From Candidatus Omnitrophota bacterium (GTDB lineage Bacteria; Omnitrophota; Gorgyraeia; Gygaellales; Profunditerraquicolaceae), in NCBI GenBank assembly GCA_026387455.1, contig JAPLLR010000046.1, forward strand, positions 4,921-68,920: DNA of 64,000 nucleotides, in the 5' to 3' direction. Shown piece after piece: positions 8,140 through 23,100 of this stretch. Each line of letters opens with the position of its first letter. Positions within the stretch are counted from its first letter, which is position 1. Position numbers and translations under genes: made by a program. Under the pieces are notes generated by a model that searched no databases, was not told the DNA's origin, and saw only the letters and a program-made list of their open reading frames with translations.

Positions 8140-11100
8140 ATGCCTAATCAAAAGCCACGGACAGAAGAAGAGAATTCGCTAGAGCAACCCGAGACCCAGG
8201 TGAAATTTGTTTCCAAGTTCCAGGCCTGGATCCGCGTGGTTGCTTTTATTGTTGTAGCGGTCTTTCTTCCGGAGCAGGTAGCCCAGGCAGCGCAGTATGA
8301 TTGGCGCGTGCTCTGGAACAAGCCCGGCGTGACAACTTTTACCCCCAACTATCTTGCTAATCCTGATTCTCTGCGCAATCTGGATATCCCCCTAACCATA
8401 AAGAAGATCCTCAGTGACATCGCCAATAAGCAAGTCAATGCCATAAAGCTTTCTGACAATCTTACCATTGAGCTGGATAGGCCTCTAGAAATGTCCACTG
8501 TGCGCATTGAAGAGATCTTCAACTGGCTCAAGGGCAGGCCTTGCGGCTCAAAAGCGCTTTATGATTTCTTAAGCTTTAAGGGTATCCAAGCCTCTGAGCA
8601 AGATATCGCAGTAATGGCTTTGACCGTGGATATCTTAAATAACGTGGTTAAGCCTGAAGGAAACCCCGAAATTATTCTCAACTCTCTATATGCTTTGTCT
8701 AAGGCTTCTGAGTTCTTCGGCCTTAAGACTTATCCGGTTAAGCTTGCAATAGGAGAGCCTGTTGCTTCCTTAGCGCCATTCTTGGCCCATGTCAACGGCA
8801 ATCACTATGTCTTAGTTACGCGCATAGCAAATGGCAAAGTATATTTCAGCGATCTGCATAAAGAAGAATTTTTGGCCCTAGATAAATTTGCCGAGAAGTT
8901 TACCGGCAATGCTTTAGTCACTCAGCTGATTGATGGCGTTACTGAGCTTAGCGTTAAAGAAGCGATGCAGGTGATGGGGGCAAATGACGATGATTTTGTT
9001 GGGCCTCCAGCTCCAGCGCCCGCTCCACCTAGCTCAGACTTTGTTGGGCCTCCAGCTCCTGCACCAGCTCCTGCACCTGCATCTGCTCCTGCGGCTCCAA
9101 GCTCGGCTTCGTTAAACTCAGGCTATCAGCCGGGCGGCTATAATGGTAATACTTGGGTTCCTCCTTCTGTTGCTACTGCTGATGGCGGTAGGGTTGCTGT
9201 AGGGCCGGTTAGTTCAGGGATAGCCGAAGCCTATAACGCAGCAAATGCAGCGCCTTCACTATCTGCGCCGGCTCCATATTTAGATCGTTTTCAAAGTTCT
9301 GATCTAGGCACAGCTCCTACACCAAAATATGTGGCTCCTTCAGTATCTGCGCCGGCTCCTGTCGCTCCAGCGGCAATAAAGTCTGCTGATTATGCAAGAC
9401 GGCAACAAGCCGAAAACGCATTTAGCTATAGTCCCGGAGCAGGCACTAGTGATTATTATAAAGTCCCGGTAATAGACCAAGAGACAGGGCAGACCATAAG
9501 AACAGAATTAGTGAACAAGCACATTACAGATAGTGCTGAATCTCGCAGAGTCGCTGAAGGATTATTAAAAGATCAGGGCATACAGGTCCAGGGATCTACC
9601 TTGACAACCCTTAAACCTTTAGAACAGCTTGGCACCGCACCTCTTCTCCCGGATAAAATTTTATTTGCAGGAGATGGTAAAACGCCATTTTTGTCATCAC
9701 TCCCTTCAGCGACTAACGGTATTCCTAATTTGGTGGAGCACCAGATCTTGGTGGTGGCTGAAAAAGGAACTCTTCATTATAATATGTATGTTCCTCAAGC
9801 AAACGCTGATATTGCGCCTATCTATGTAGGAGATCATGCTCAGCTGAAAGGGACTCCAGGTTGTCCGAGTGGAATTTGTATGGATGCTGGCTGGAAAGGT
9901 GATACTGCAGCTCGTAATGATGGTGCAGCTTTTGTAGATATTAAAACATGGACGGGATGGCATACAACTACAGGCGAAGTCGCACCCTATGAGCAATTTA
10001 CTAATGGGGTATTTCATATTGGTAAAACTGCGTCAGAGCCACATTTCTCAGGAAACCCTATTGAGAGAGTAATTTTGCAAGATAACGTTGCAGTAGGCAT
10101 TAGTACGCTAGGCCAAACTTCTGCTTATCAACAGCCGGTTGTACTAACTGATGGTACGAAAGTTTCTGCTGAAGGCTGGAGAAATAATTATACGGTTAAT
10201 GTAGTCAAACCGGTTGTCCAGGTAGGACCGGATTTGAAAAACACAAGATATGATGGTTTCTATGTATCGCATGATCAAGCTGGGAATTCTGTTGGAGTAA
10301 GCCCCCTGATGACTAGAGTGGACATAATGGCAGATGTAAACCAGAGGAAAAGTCAGGGGGAGCTATACACACCAACCATGCCCGGAGATAATGTCATAGT
10401 TTTCGCCGGAGATGTAAATTCTTATATTTCAACCGGGGCTGCGATGACTAAAGTTGAGGCATTTGCAAGAGTTCCTAAGATTACCAATGATTTTTATAAT
10501 TATCAGTGGGGCAATAATTTTTATCAGCCTAAAGAATTAGTTGGTTCAGCAGAAAATTATGCTACCGGGCAGGTAATACCTTTTACTAACCCTCAGGAAT
10601 TTATTGATAATACTCATATTAGAATTGCCGCTCCTTTGCAGGATGGAGTTAGCGCTACCGGAGAAATAACCAGTATGTCCGGCTGGAAACAGGATGGTTT
10701 TATGATCCCGCTTGCTCCTTTTACCTCGGCCGACGGGATGGGTTACACAAAGAACGAGCTCACCGGAAAAGTAAAATCGTTCAAGATAGAGGGGGTTGAT
10801 TTTAAAGTTGATTATGCCGCCAAGCAGCCCGATATATTTAATCAGAAGTTATCGGTATATGGCACCGGAGAAGCATTCGCGGTTTTACCGCCTTATAAAA
10901 CGGCGACTGATGGAGGGGCGAGCATCTATATGACAGGGACTAAGGTTGAATTAGGTGTGGGATATAAGGCGGGAGATTCAATAGCAGTTATTTCAACTCA
11001 AGGTATTCAAGGAGGCCGGATAGAATTTCTCGTGCCGAATTTAGATATTAATAAGAATATTCAAGATCAGATAAAAGATGCTACCCAGCCTATGGTTATA

Positions 11101-14100
11101 CAAGATATAAACTTCAACCCCGGATACCAGGCGCAGTTTGCTAGGGATATAAATAAGGATAATACGATCGCGCTTTCCAAGGATGTGTTAGGCGGTAAGG
11201 TTGAGTTCTGGGGCGGGGGAGTAAAGTCATTGTACAGTGGCGAGATAAAGCCTTTAGGCAACAAGGAAGCTTTCTTTAATACTCACGCTGTCGCCGATAG
11301 GAACTTGGGCTTGGAAACAATATACAAGTTTGATAAGCAGGGCCTGACCTACAGCGGGTTACATGCATGGGAGCTGAATAAGTTCATTACCCCTTCAATA
11401 CAAGATCTAACAGGAATTCAGGAAGAGATGAAGAGTACCTTCATCGGAAAAACCCAGAACTATAATGAGGTATTTATTAATAAGGATCAGACGGTTTTCT
11501 ACAAGCCGGAAATATACAATGTTGGCGGCGCAAAAGCAGGACGCATCGAAAAGCTTTCTGTTGAAAAGCTTGCTGATCCTGCGACGTTTAGGACCAGCGA
11601 GGAAAGCAAACATCTTTACAAATCCACCGCGCTTACTCCGGATGCCAAAGTCGCTATTATTCATGCGCAGATCACCGGGCCTGAGCAGCTTAAGACTGAT
11701 GCTGCTACCTTTAGCCCGATGTTTGCGAATGTGCGGCACCAGTTTGAAGGCGGGATAGAAAAGTTTGTTGCAGCCGTGGAGCTTAATGACGCAGGTAAGA
11801 TAAAAGGCGAGGTAATTGCTATCGCTGATGTAAGAGCCTCTGCTGGTCTGCGGGATATCTTTAAAAATAAAGTTGAGATTAAAGGGGATAAGTATGCTTT
11901 AGAAGGGCTTAAAGGGAAGACGTATGAGCTCAATACAGCGGGTTTTGTGCAAGGGCAATTCATCAAAGGCAAGGGTGGCGCGTTATCCGGATGGAATAAT
12001 ATAGATGTGACAACAGATCAATTCCTTGCAATTACCGGAAGACAGGTAGAGAAAACTGATGGGTATCTTAAGGGTGTTGATCTTTGGATTTCGGATGGCG
12101 GCAGCAGAATCCAGGATGTCGGCTATGATAAGGCGAATGCGGGAAGTGGTTTTTATCGTCCGTTAGCTGCGGATAGGGCAGCAGATTTCAACAAGACTAG
12201 AATATGGAAGAACGAATTTGGCAAGGAATATGTAAAAATAGACACCAAATTAGGCGCACTTCCCGGTGATCAGCGCGATACACCCTACCTCATGGTTACC
12301 GATAAAAAAGCGCAGCCGGTCATGGTTGGCATAGGAGAAACTAACACGCAGATGCTGGAGATGTTCGACCAGCTGCACATGGCACGGGCCAACAACGATA
12401 CAGCGCGCATCGCAGAAATAAACAAGAACATAGAAGCAGAAACAACCAGGATAAAGGCGCAGTCCGCAACTTCCGGCAGTGATGGCTGGGATAAGGTATT
12501 TAGCGAAAAAAGGGCTCTGGATTATTCTAAACAAGGTAAATATATCTATGCTGCCGGAAACCAGGTTGCTACTTTTGCTATTAATGAACTTGTCAGCGGC
12601 AATGTGGCCCTATCAGGAGATTTCCGCGGGACCGCTAATACCGGAAGTGTTCTGAATATGAAAGATGAGATCGCAGGGGTCGCCACCACAGTTTTCTTAA
12701 ACAAAAATCAGGAGGCAGCTTTTACAAAAGGTATTTTTAGCGGCGGCAAAGGATTCGCTGATCCAGCCCATGCGGATCTGGGGCAGGTGCTTATAAACAA
12801 TCAAGGCCAGGTTACCAGCGGATATTTCTATGCCGGCACACCTAATCAGCGCGCTACAGAGATCCAAGAGACTATTGTAGAAGTCAAGACAGCAGATGCG
12901 CAAGCTGCAACCGGAAGAATGTTGCTTAAGGATTATTGGTATGAAGCAAAAGGAGCAGCAGATCCTTCCAAAATAGAGCTTCTTGGCGGCACAGTCAGGC
13001 AGGCGCAGGTAGCAGGCTATAATTTGTTGACCAAGGAAACTTCGCTTATAGATTTCTCAAGAAACGGTAATAAGGATAATACTTTTGTGACCAGGGGAGA
13101 TGCTGCTATTCCGTGGCTGGTGCCTGTGGTGGATGGATTTGTGCCGGCAAAAGGCGGGGAAAACAATCCGGATAATCAGGCGCCCTATGCAATGGCGTAT
13201 GAATATAAAAAGGCAGCTCAGACGGATCCGGTGCACACCCTGATCAGCGGGCCGCAGCATCTGGTCTTCAGTCCCACCAATAAGATCACTTCCGAACAGG
13301 GCAGGGTAACCCGCGATATGCTGGACATGAAGAATATTAAGATCGAAGGGGATTCTGCTAGCAAGCCCATTCCTTTGTCAGCGCAGGTGGACAGAGATTT
13401 TAATGTCAAGGCAAGCAAGGGGTTTGAGTTTGTCGGCTCCGGGCAATTGACCACTGATGAGCGCGGCAATATGCAGTTTAATGGCAAGGAAACTAATGTC
13501 AGAGAATATGCCGGCAGCGAAAAAGCCCCTATTGACAGGATGACCCGTCAGGTGTTTGTCGAGGGATTAACGGAACCGATAGAAATGGAATTCCAGAAAG
13601 GCTGGTATAAGACAGATACATTCGGAAATCCTGCAGACGGAGCAGCTGAGGCGGTAGGACTTCAGGGAAAGATGTTTAAGGGCATGAAGCTGGACGGCAT
13701 GGGTCAATTCACATTTGAGGGAAACCATGTAAATTTAGTCCAGGAAATGAGACGTATTGAGGATGTTGAGAAGATAAACCCCCGTGACGCTCAAACTCAG
13801 GCTGCTCTTGAAGCAAAAGTAAATGACATAGTTGCACAAACAAAACCGGAGTTTTCTAAGCCCATCAGCATAGAAGAGGCGGTTAAGCAGATAGCCCAGG
13901 CTTATCTTGATTATAACGCAGAGGGTGCACATTATCATCCTAATGGTGTAGATCCTCGCGGACAGGATAAGAACTGTTTTGGCTTTGCTGTTGATCTTCA
14001 AAACAGGCTTGAACAGATAGGCGTACACAGTACCGTTATACAGGTGGGTGATGGGGATGATCATGCTGCACTTTTGGTAAGAACAGAGGGCGCCAACGGC

Positions 14101-17100
14101 TATTACATTATTGACCCGGCAATGAATGTAGCCGGCAGAGGGGAAGTCGTTAATAAATGGAGAGATAGCGTAGCCCAGCAAACAGTCAGCATTTTAGGAG
14201 ATAAGTCGTCTACTTCAGTCACCTTTGATGAATTTGCTAATCAATCTACAGCAGTAGGGCTTGCAGAGAAATCCAATCCCCAAGGCTATATAGATAGTGC
14301 TGTAGCAAGGCGCATGGCTCAAAAGCAGACGGATGTTTCTTATAATGCAGATGGAACAGTTTCCGGATACCAGACGCTTAAATTTTCCGCGGACCACAAT
14401 GTTGCCACAGAAGTACAGGGTTTTGTATCCGGCACCACCTATGCTGCCAGATACGGGAATATGAAGCCCGGAGAAAGACATGTGCCGATTGTATATACAA
14501 ATGAAAACGGAGAGTATGACAATGATAGCGGATTCCGGGCGCCTGCATCGCGCACCATTGAAACGGATATTTACGGTACCCTTAAAACTGATCAGGGAAT
14601 TATTTCTGTGGGCCGCCCAGAAAACACCTTCAAGAGTCTGGCGATTGAAGGTAGGGTTCCTGATGGAACAGGTTCGACCAAAGGCGGAGTGATCGCCCAC
14701 GATATTTATTACGAGGCGATGAAAAAAGGCGATGGCTTTGAGTTTGTCGGTGGCACTATGGGTCAGGCGGATTTAGTGAAGATATTAAAAGGTGGAAATA
14801 AAGAGTCTGCCCCCAACATCTTAAATTCTGCGACTACTAATTTGAAAGAAACACAAGGCCTCCTTACAACAAAAAATAATGAACCGTTGCATTTAATGAT
14901 GGCTTCCGGGCAGTTCAATGATATTTCCTTTACTACAGGCGATCAGGACGGCAAACCGCAAAGTAGCACTAATCCAACCGCAGGCACATCCGCAGAAGCA
15001 GATGCCAAAAATAAGAGGCCATTGAATCCTGAATTAGACGCTAACAAGGCGTTTACCGGCAGGGTCACCGGTGAGCAGCACCTTAAATTTATGCCTTCTT
15101 TCAGCGGGGCCGGCGGAAGGGTGGAAGGGGATCTTTCTGACGTGGTAATAAGTACCACAGGGTTTAAACAGGCTGAGGTTAAGGAGCAAAACGGCAAGAC
15201 AGTGCTCAAAGATGCAAGCCAGCAGTTTACCCAGGTGCCTCTATTCTATGACCGCGAGAATCCGCAGGTGACCAAGAGGTTGTTTACCAGCACCCTAACC
15301 CCCGAGAAAAAGGATGGGGGTTTAAAGATTGAATTAAATGCCCAGGGCAATGTTATTACTGATCTGGCAGGCATAGCCGTAGGCGATGCTGCCAAGGAAC
15401 AAAGAGTACGCTCAAGCGAATTTTTGGCTGTGAAAGAAAAGGACCATGCGGGAACTAATCCTGCTGCCGACGGTGAAAAGATACAGGTGCGCCTGAGAGA
15501 TTTCTACACCGGCGGGCTGGTTCAGAAGAATGGTTCTGTGGTTTCTATTTTTGGGGAAACCGGAAAGCCGCTAGAAGAAGTGGACCCGATTGCAAAAGAT
15601 GCGGTAAGTAATTATCCGCTCACTAGGTCTTATATAGAACTGTCAGATCAGGACCTTGGCGAGTATAGCGGCACCCGGATAGCCGGGGGGATCAGGACCG
15701 CAGGTGGTGAGTCGATATTTTTCCATAATATTAGTGATCCGGAGACATTTGCCAGAGCAGAGCAAGCGGTTAAGCCGGTGCAAAAGATGACTGCCGAAGA
15801 AAATAAGGCTCTTGCCGAGAAGGTGGGCTTGGACCCTAAGGAGTTTAATAAGCCCGGCAATCAGCTGACCCCAGAGCAGATAGAAACGTTGGCCGGAAAA
15901 AGAAATATCTATAGCCTTAACCAGCTTTCTGCGGAACAGATAGATAAAGTAAGAGGAGAATTAAGCCGCTTAGGCCAAGACAGTCAGAAAAAAGATGTGC
16001 AAGCCCAAGCCGGAGATTTAGCCAGACAATTACAACAAATCAAGGCAGGCAGTATTACCCCGGAGCAGGCAGTATTCCTCTTTGGCGCGCAGGATTTGTT
16101 AAACCGCAACTTTACGCCATCCCGCCATCTCAATGTTTCTAAGAATGATTCAGGCGCAGTGCATGCCAAAGGAGAGCAGATACTTGATGCGACATTCTCA
16201 TCTAATATGGCTAATGAAGGCGGAACTATGAGCGCCAATATTACTAATATGGGAGTGAGCCTTTCCGAGAATTTGTCTGAAGGGGTCAATACCACTTCAG
16301 TGTTGGCGAACAGGCAGACTATGAAAGAGCTAGCTAAGAATGTTGGTGCTACGTATATAGGAAAGCCGCTGGATCAGATCGACGAAAGAGGAGAGGTGGT
16401 TTACGGAAAAGGATTAAATTCCGGACATTTAGGGCTAAGATTATCTGACAATTTTTATCAGGAAATTGCGGTGAACAAAGAAGGAAATGTGGTGACTGAA
16501 GGCGCAGGGATATTCGCTGGTACAAAAGAAAAGCCAGTATGGTTTTCTTATTTTGAAGGTGCCAAGGCGATCGGAGATAAGAAGGCAGAAGCCACTACGC
16601 TAGAGATGAATAATTTCCGGTATTCAGGTGTTCTTAAAGAAGGAGTAGTGGTGGCAAAGGAGGGATATGTAGATTCTCTCAAAGAAGTAAACGGCGGGAA
16701 GATAGAGCTTGGTAAAGACGGCCATGATCCGAGTAAGGGCCTGCGCACTGCCGGAGGCAAAGAGGTATTCTTTACTTCTTTGTCCACCCCTGAGGCTTTT
16801 GGCGGCGATCCGCAGGCGATGAGGAAGCAGGCGGCTTTAGAGAATGCAAGGAGCTTAAGGGCAGCAGGGAAAAGTGATGCGGAAATCGCCAAGATGCTTA
16901 AGGTTGAGCAGAAGTATAGCAAAGAGGATGCTGAACAGATTATCCGTGAATCAAAGGTAAAGCCTAATGTGGTCGCAGAAATCAAGAAAGAAGACTTAAG
17001 GAAGCTTGAGGTGTCTCCTGATTTCAAGGCAACAGGAGTTCAGGTATTGCTGCCTTCTTTCTCAGCAAACCTAATGCAGGAAGGTGGAAAGATTACCGCA

Positions 17101-20100
17101 GACTTAAGAAAGACCGCCATATCTTTTGATAACCGCATGGTCGGCCAGGGGCTGGCCACCACTTCTGTGATAAAGGATGGTGAAGTTGCTTATGTGAAGG
17201 GTATATATGCGCCATGGAGTATGGGTAAGGTTGATTTCAGGTTAGTAATTGATGACAATGGAAACATGGTTACTAAGGGTGGCGGGGTATTCGCCGGCAC
17301 AGCTGAAAACCCCATAGAATATGCCTATCAGGACGCTTTCCGCGCCAAGGGAGAGAATTTGACTGAAGCCTACCAGCTGCCTGAGCCCATTAAATTAAAT
17401 AATTATTACTATGATGCAATACTCGGCGAGGGCGGTCTAAGTATCCAGAGTGGCAAAGTAGAAAGCATAGAAGTGGCCGGTAAGGAGATAAAGCTTAAAG
17501 GCCATGATCTAGCAAAAGGCATGATTACTGACAGTAGTACTCCTACCTACTTATTCTTGGGCAGGGTTTCCCGCTTTGACAATAAAGGCAGGCCGCAGAA
17601 AGAGGAAAAACAAAGCTCTACCGAAGCATCGCAAACATGGGATTTTTCTGCCGGCAAGGAAGCTCCTGCTTTTGATCTATCCGGATCTTTCGGCGGGACT
17701 TACGGCAACGTACCTTTTATGGACATAGTAAACAAAGGGATTAATGATACCTTAGATAAAGCGGCGCCTCAAGATAGAAAAAAATTCGTAGATGATACGC
17801 TTGCGGCGCAGACTCAGCGCGCAGAGGCAAAGGGAGATGTTCAGGCGATGCTAAAGGCAGAAATGGAAAAGGCAAGCAGAAAAGATAATCTGGGTATTGT
17901 CTTGTCCGGAGATGATTTCAAGGCCAGAGGCTCGCAGAAGCTGGACTTTACACCCACCAGCAACCTCTTTACTGACGGCGGCGGAACGATCTCAAGAGAC
18001 ATTACTTATAACAACTACACCCTGGTTGTAGATAGTAAGCAGCTGGTGCCTATGGTTACTGACGGAAATGACACCAAAGGTATCTTCCAGAATAAGGCAT
18101 CAGGCAGGATTTCTATCGCAGGCGGTAAATTGGGCGGGCAGGTGCTTACTCCTGGCGCAGGCGTATACGCAGGAACTAATGAGCGCAGAATAAATGGCAC
18201 ATACCAGGATGGAATATTAAATTCTATCTATGAAGCCTCTGGCCCGGTTCCAACTCTCTTAAAGAATTATTATTATACAGCAGAGGTCAAGGATAGCGAT
18301 AGTGACGGCATAGGCGATTCCCTGAATCTTTTGGGGGGAAAAGCGCAGAATATAAATTTTGTGGGCAGGGATTTATTGCCTAATGGAGATTATGAGCTCA
18401 ATAAATCCGGGTGGGCTATTTTCGGCGACTCCAAGGGCAAGTTAGCCCGGATCGGCAGTTTTTCACCTTCGCTTACTCTCTTTAGCGAGCGCGGGCAAAT
18501 TAACTTAGATAAAGATACGATTTTAGGTTCTTTATCCAAAGATGACACAACCTTAAAACTCATGACCACTATCGATGTCGCAAAGTATAGGAGCCTGCTT
18601 GCGGCTGAAGGGTACAGAACAGAAATAAAGAGAAATGATCTTTCCGGAATAAATTATATCCTTATTTACGATGAAAAGAATAGGGAGGTTGGCAGCGCAG
18701 CAGTTAGCGATGACGGCCTGAGGGTGAAGGGGGGAGTAATTCCCATCGCCAGAGACACTGAATCAGACACTATTTTCCGCGTGTACATGTATACCGCTGT
18801 TAAAGATGATAAGATTTACTTGAAACATGACGCATGGAATATCGAACAAGGCGTTGATGACGGCAAGACATTCAATCAGCTAGCTCGAGACGATAACGTG
18901 AAATGGGGACACAGGATGTTTTTGAGAAGTGACGAGACTGAGGGCGCGGACATGGCTGTGGCGCGGATGATGTATGCGCATGGTGTTGGTTCAAGGGGCG
19001 TCTGGTTTAATGATTATGATTCAAGGGATAAGCTGCTCAAAAAGTTTGACAGCGGAGAATATAACTGGTTTAAGATGCAGGATAATTTACTTACCCAAGA
19101 AAAATACACAGGTACAGCCGTCAGGAATTTCTACAAGACTTGGGGTTTTGTCCGCAATTTTCTGCCTGCTGCTCCTAGCGTTGAAGCCAGAGCGGACCAG
19201 AGTAATGGCGGGATGGTTTTGGAAGCAGTGGGAGATGCTGCTTTGATTGCCGGGCCGTTACTCAAAGGAATCGGCGTTGGCGCAAAGGGTCTGCAACTTA
19301 TCGGTGGGACAGCAAACGGTTCCTCTAGGGTAATGAGGGTAATCAACGCAGCAGCCAAATTGGAAGGAATGAGCACTCTTACCAAGGGAAGTGTGCAACT
19401 TGCCACCAAAGGATCAGCCAGTTCTTCTAGAATAATAAGCGGCCTAAGCAAGGGACTTCTTTGGGAGGGCAGGATTGGAAAAGCGGCGCAAGTAGCACAA
19501 GGTACCACTCGCGTTGCGAGCGCTGCCCAGAATCTCTCCTGGGGTTCCAGGGCCTTAAGAGGCGGCTGGAATAGCGGAAAATTTCTGGCTGGTCGCGTTG
19601 CGCCGCGCGTCGGCCTTTACGGCACATTAGGCGGTATCAACAGCTACAATTCCATGTCTGCTGAACAGAAGGATTGGTATTCTAGCGGTAGAGCAGCAGA
19701 AGCGTCGAAGGATTCACAGAATCATGCTATTGCTTTAAGGGATACCTTTAGAAGCTGGGCAGCCAACTGGGAAGTGGGGCTGGATGGTGCCATAGGAAAT
19801 AAGGCAGATGCTGATAAGGCAGATAGTGTTTCCAAAGGCCTGCAGCAGAACGCTTCCGTAATAACGCAGAATAATTCCAAAGCGATTAAAGAAGCAGTCC
19901 CGGGCCTAGGGGGAAAAATCCTGGCGATGCCGATGGATGTTGAGCAGACCCTTTTGGGTTTTGCCGGTTTTCCTTCGAATGCCTCCAGGAATATGGGCAA
20001 ATACGGCATAGCACAGGGTTCAGCAATGAGTGGTTGGAGCATGTACAGCTATCTTTCCTCTGTTGCGGAATCAGGAATATATGCATTGACTTCCCTCGAC

Positions 20101-23100
20101 GGCTATTTTAGGAATTCGGTTTCAGACTCCTACTATCAGGGCTCTATCACTGGGGGATGGGAATCTTTATTAGGTGACGGATTCAGCAATTTTGTCAATC
20201 CTGAAAAGAGCAAAGACACCAATCCTATAACCAATCCCGAGCAGTATGCGGGATTGAGTTATTTCGCAACGCAGATGTGGTTATTGGGCGGTTACAAAGA
20301 AGGTGCAGGCCTAAAGAAAGGCGAAGCCAGAGGCACTCCGCTTTTAGATACATATCAAACCCTGACAGCCATAGAGCTTACACCAATGAATCTTATGCTT
20401 TTCCCCGGAAATGAGCTTGGTAGGCAGGTGGGCATGGTAAAAGAAGCGGCGACAGCAGGTAGAACTGAAGGCGATGCTTCTTCTTTCCGCGGCAGGTTAA
20501 ATCAGCTCGGAAACGCAAATGGCGGCCCCGGGCATCAGTTTGTGGAAAATCTTATTTCTGCAGCCCTACCTTTACGTTCTCCGCAAGCAACTCCTTCGAA
20601 TAAAAGTGAAGTTGCTCCTGTGCAATCTTCTACGGAAGCGGGAGGAACAGTAAGGTTAAATGAAAATGATGTAGTAGGCGATAGGGGCAGAAGAGCGGGG
20701 GGTAGCGATGTGAAGGCTCCTGCTTCTCAGCCTGAAATGTCACGTCCTAACTTCTTTCAGCGTTGGAGTCAGCGTAGTTATCTAAAGCAAGAAGGATACT
20801 CTTTTTCAGAAAGAAGAGCGATTGCAGATGGGCGTCTTGCGCCTACAGATAGAAGTGGAAATGTCAGGGCAGACGTAGTAAATCGTTTTAATGAGATTGG
20901 CGCTACTCCGACTTGGGTTGGAAGATCGCTTAATCGGGCAAGAGAAGCCACCACCACTTGGATTAAGAATCAGATAGACGCCAGCCCCACAGTGAACTGG
21001 TTTAAGAACGATGCCTTTGATATGTCTAAGTCTCCTGTGGTCGATGCCGGCAAAAAAGTAGCTGGCGCAGTAGCTGATGCAGGAAGGGCCACCGCAGACT
21101 GGGCTAAGAATGACGCACTGGATATGTCTAAGTCTCAGGTAGTCAACTGGGCCAAAGACACCAGCGTCGGCAAATGGCTGGCTAACGATGCCTTTGATAT
21201 GAATAAATCTCTTGTGGTCAACTGGGCAAAGAATGACGCCGCTCCTTGGGTCAAGAATCAGATAAATACTAGCCCCACAGTGAACTGGTTCAAGAATGAC
21301 GCCTTTGATATGTCTAAGTCTCGGGTTGTCAACTGGGCAAAGAACACTGCTCTTCCCAATATCGCTGCCTCTGCCAATCCTAAGAACTGGACCACCTATA
21401 ATTGGGCTAAGACAGCTGCTATCTGGGCAAGAGACACCGCCACCCCCTGGATTAAGAATCAGATAAATACCAGCCCCACAGTGAACTGGTTCAAGAATGT
21501 TTGGCAGCTTGCTACTTCCTCGCAGTATCGTTTCCTCAATAGACGCGGTATTAAAGATCCAACTACGAGAGCTGCAATCATCAGGGACGGATATTCAGCT
21601 CCGGAATCTCCCAATAAGACCTTATTTTATGAGATGCGCGCTGATCAATATTTAAAAGACAATGGTTTCTTCTTTAGAAGGCAAAGAACAGCGATTAGGC
21701 AAGGGCGTTTAAAATCTAATGATTTGAGTCTTAGCCGTGATTTTAGCGAAATTCGTAAGGGGCGCGTAGTTTATGATGAGGCGGCCCAAAATGATGTTTT
21801 ATCATCCGGCCGCAATGTACATCTGTCGATGGCTGGTGAATGGGCAGCGGATATAGGCGGAAGGAAGAAGGGTGATGGCGGAAGATCGTTAGAAGCCAAG
21901 ATTCTAAGAGTAGAAAAAGGCGAAGACGGCGCGACTCGCATTTGGTTGGATACAGAGGAGATCTTCGGTGGCCGCGGCGCTACCTCAAGGGACGGAAAGA
22001 CCATATACTTCAGCCGCAACGCGCACGATGGGACAGATGTGCATGAAAGCACAGAAGCAGCCTTGCTATCTAAAGGCATATCCCCGTCAGCGTCACATAA
22101 AATAGCGGCAGAGGCTGAGGTAAGGTATTTAGCGCGTACGCTCGGCTATGACTTAAATGATCCCAGCCAAAGAATGCTAGTAGAGGAAATGGCAAGGAGC
22201 CATTCTGATGCCACTAAGGTCGCTAATAAGGAAAGGGCTCCGCCAGCGCCAAAATCGCCTTCCCATGTAGTTGTTGCTCCCGCAGAAGGACCGGGTTTTA
22301 GAGCTGCTGTTGGAGAAGGCGAAAGTATCAGCGATGTTGCCATAAGAGCTGGCCGCAGGCCAGTAGCTATGCTTACCGAAGGCACACCCAGCGATGCCTC
22401 TCGTTCCAGAACCGCAGCCAATCCCGAATCCGAAACCGTATCTAAATCTCAAGAAGCAATTAAACAAGATAAGCTGACCAGAGAGGCCCGGATATCTGAA
22501 TTCAGGCGGCAGCAGGAAGAAAGACAGGAAATTGAAAGAGCCCAAAATATACTTGGGAGTAAGGATCTTAAGCCGCAATTTATCTTTGCCCCTGAGACTG
22601 GCAGGCGCGTATTCATCGCTACCGCTGATGGAAAGGTGGCATTAGTAAAACATGGAGAAGAGGCGCCGGATATATCCCGCAGACCCATTGCCCTTCTTCC
22701 TGCACCTAAACCTGCGATCGAAGTAAAATCTGAATCCAAATCTGCACCCGCGCAATCTAAAGAAGTTGCGGAATCCAAAGCCCAGCCTGATGATAGAGTG
22801 TCTGTGTCTAACGAAGCCAGGCTTAGGAATGAACAGGCCAATCAGGAAAAGAAGGCTGAGTTTAAAGCAAAACAGGAGAAACTTGAAAGAGTAGCAAAGA
22901 TTGTTTCTGAGACGCCTAATACCGATAAAGCCAAGCTAAGAGTGGCTAAGGAAGTAGTTAAAGATAGAAGCTTACCTAAGAGGGAGCGTTTAGCAGAGGC
23001 AGATAAACTTATAGAAGCAGCAAAGCCATATGCACCCAAGAAAGAAGCTGCTAAGCCAGAAGTCAAAGAGCCGGTTTCTCAGTTGGTTGAATTAGGCGAT

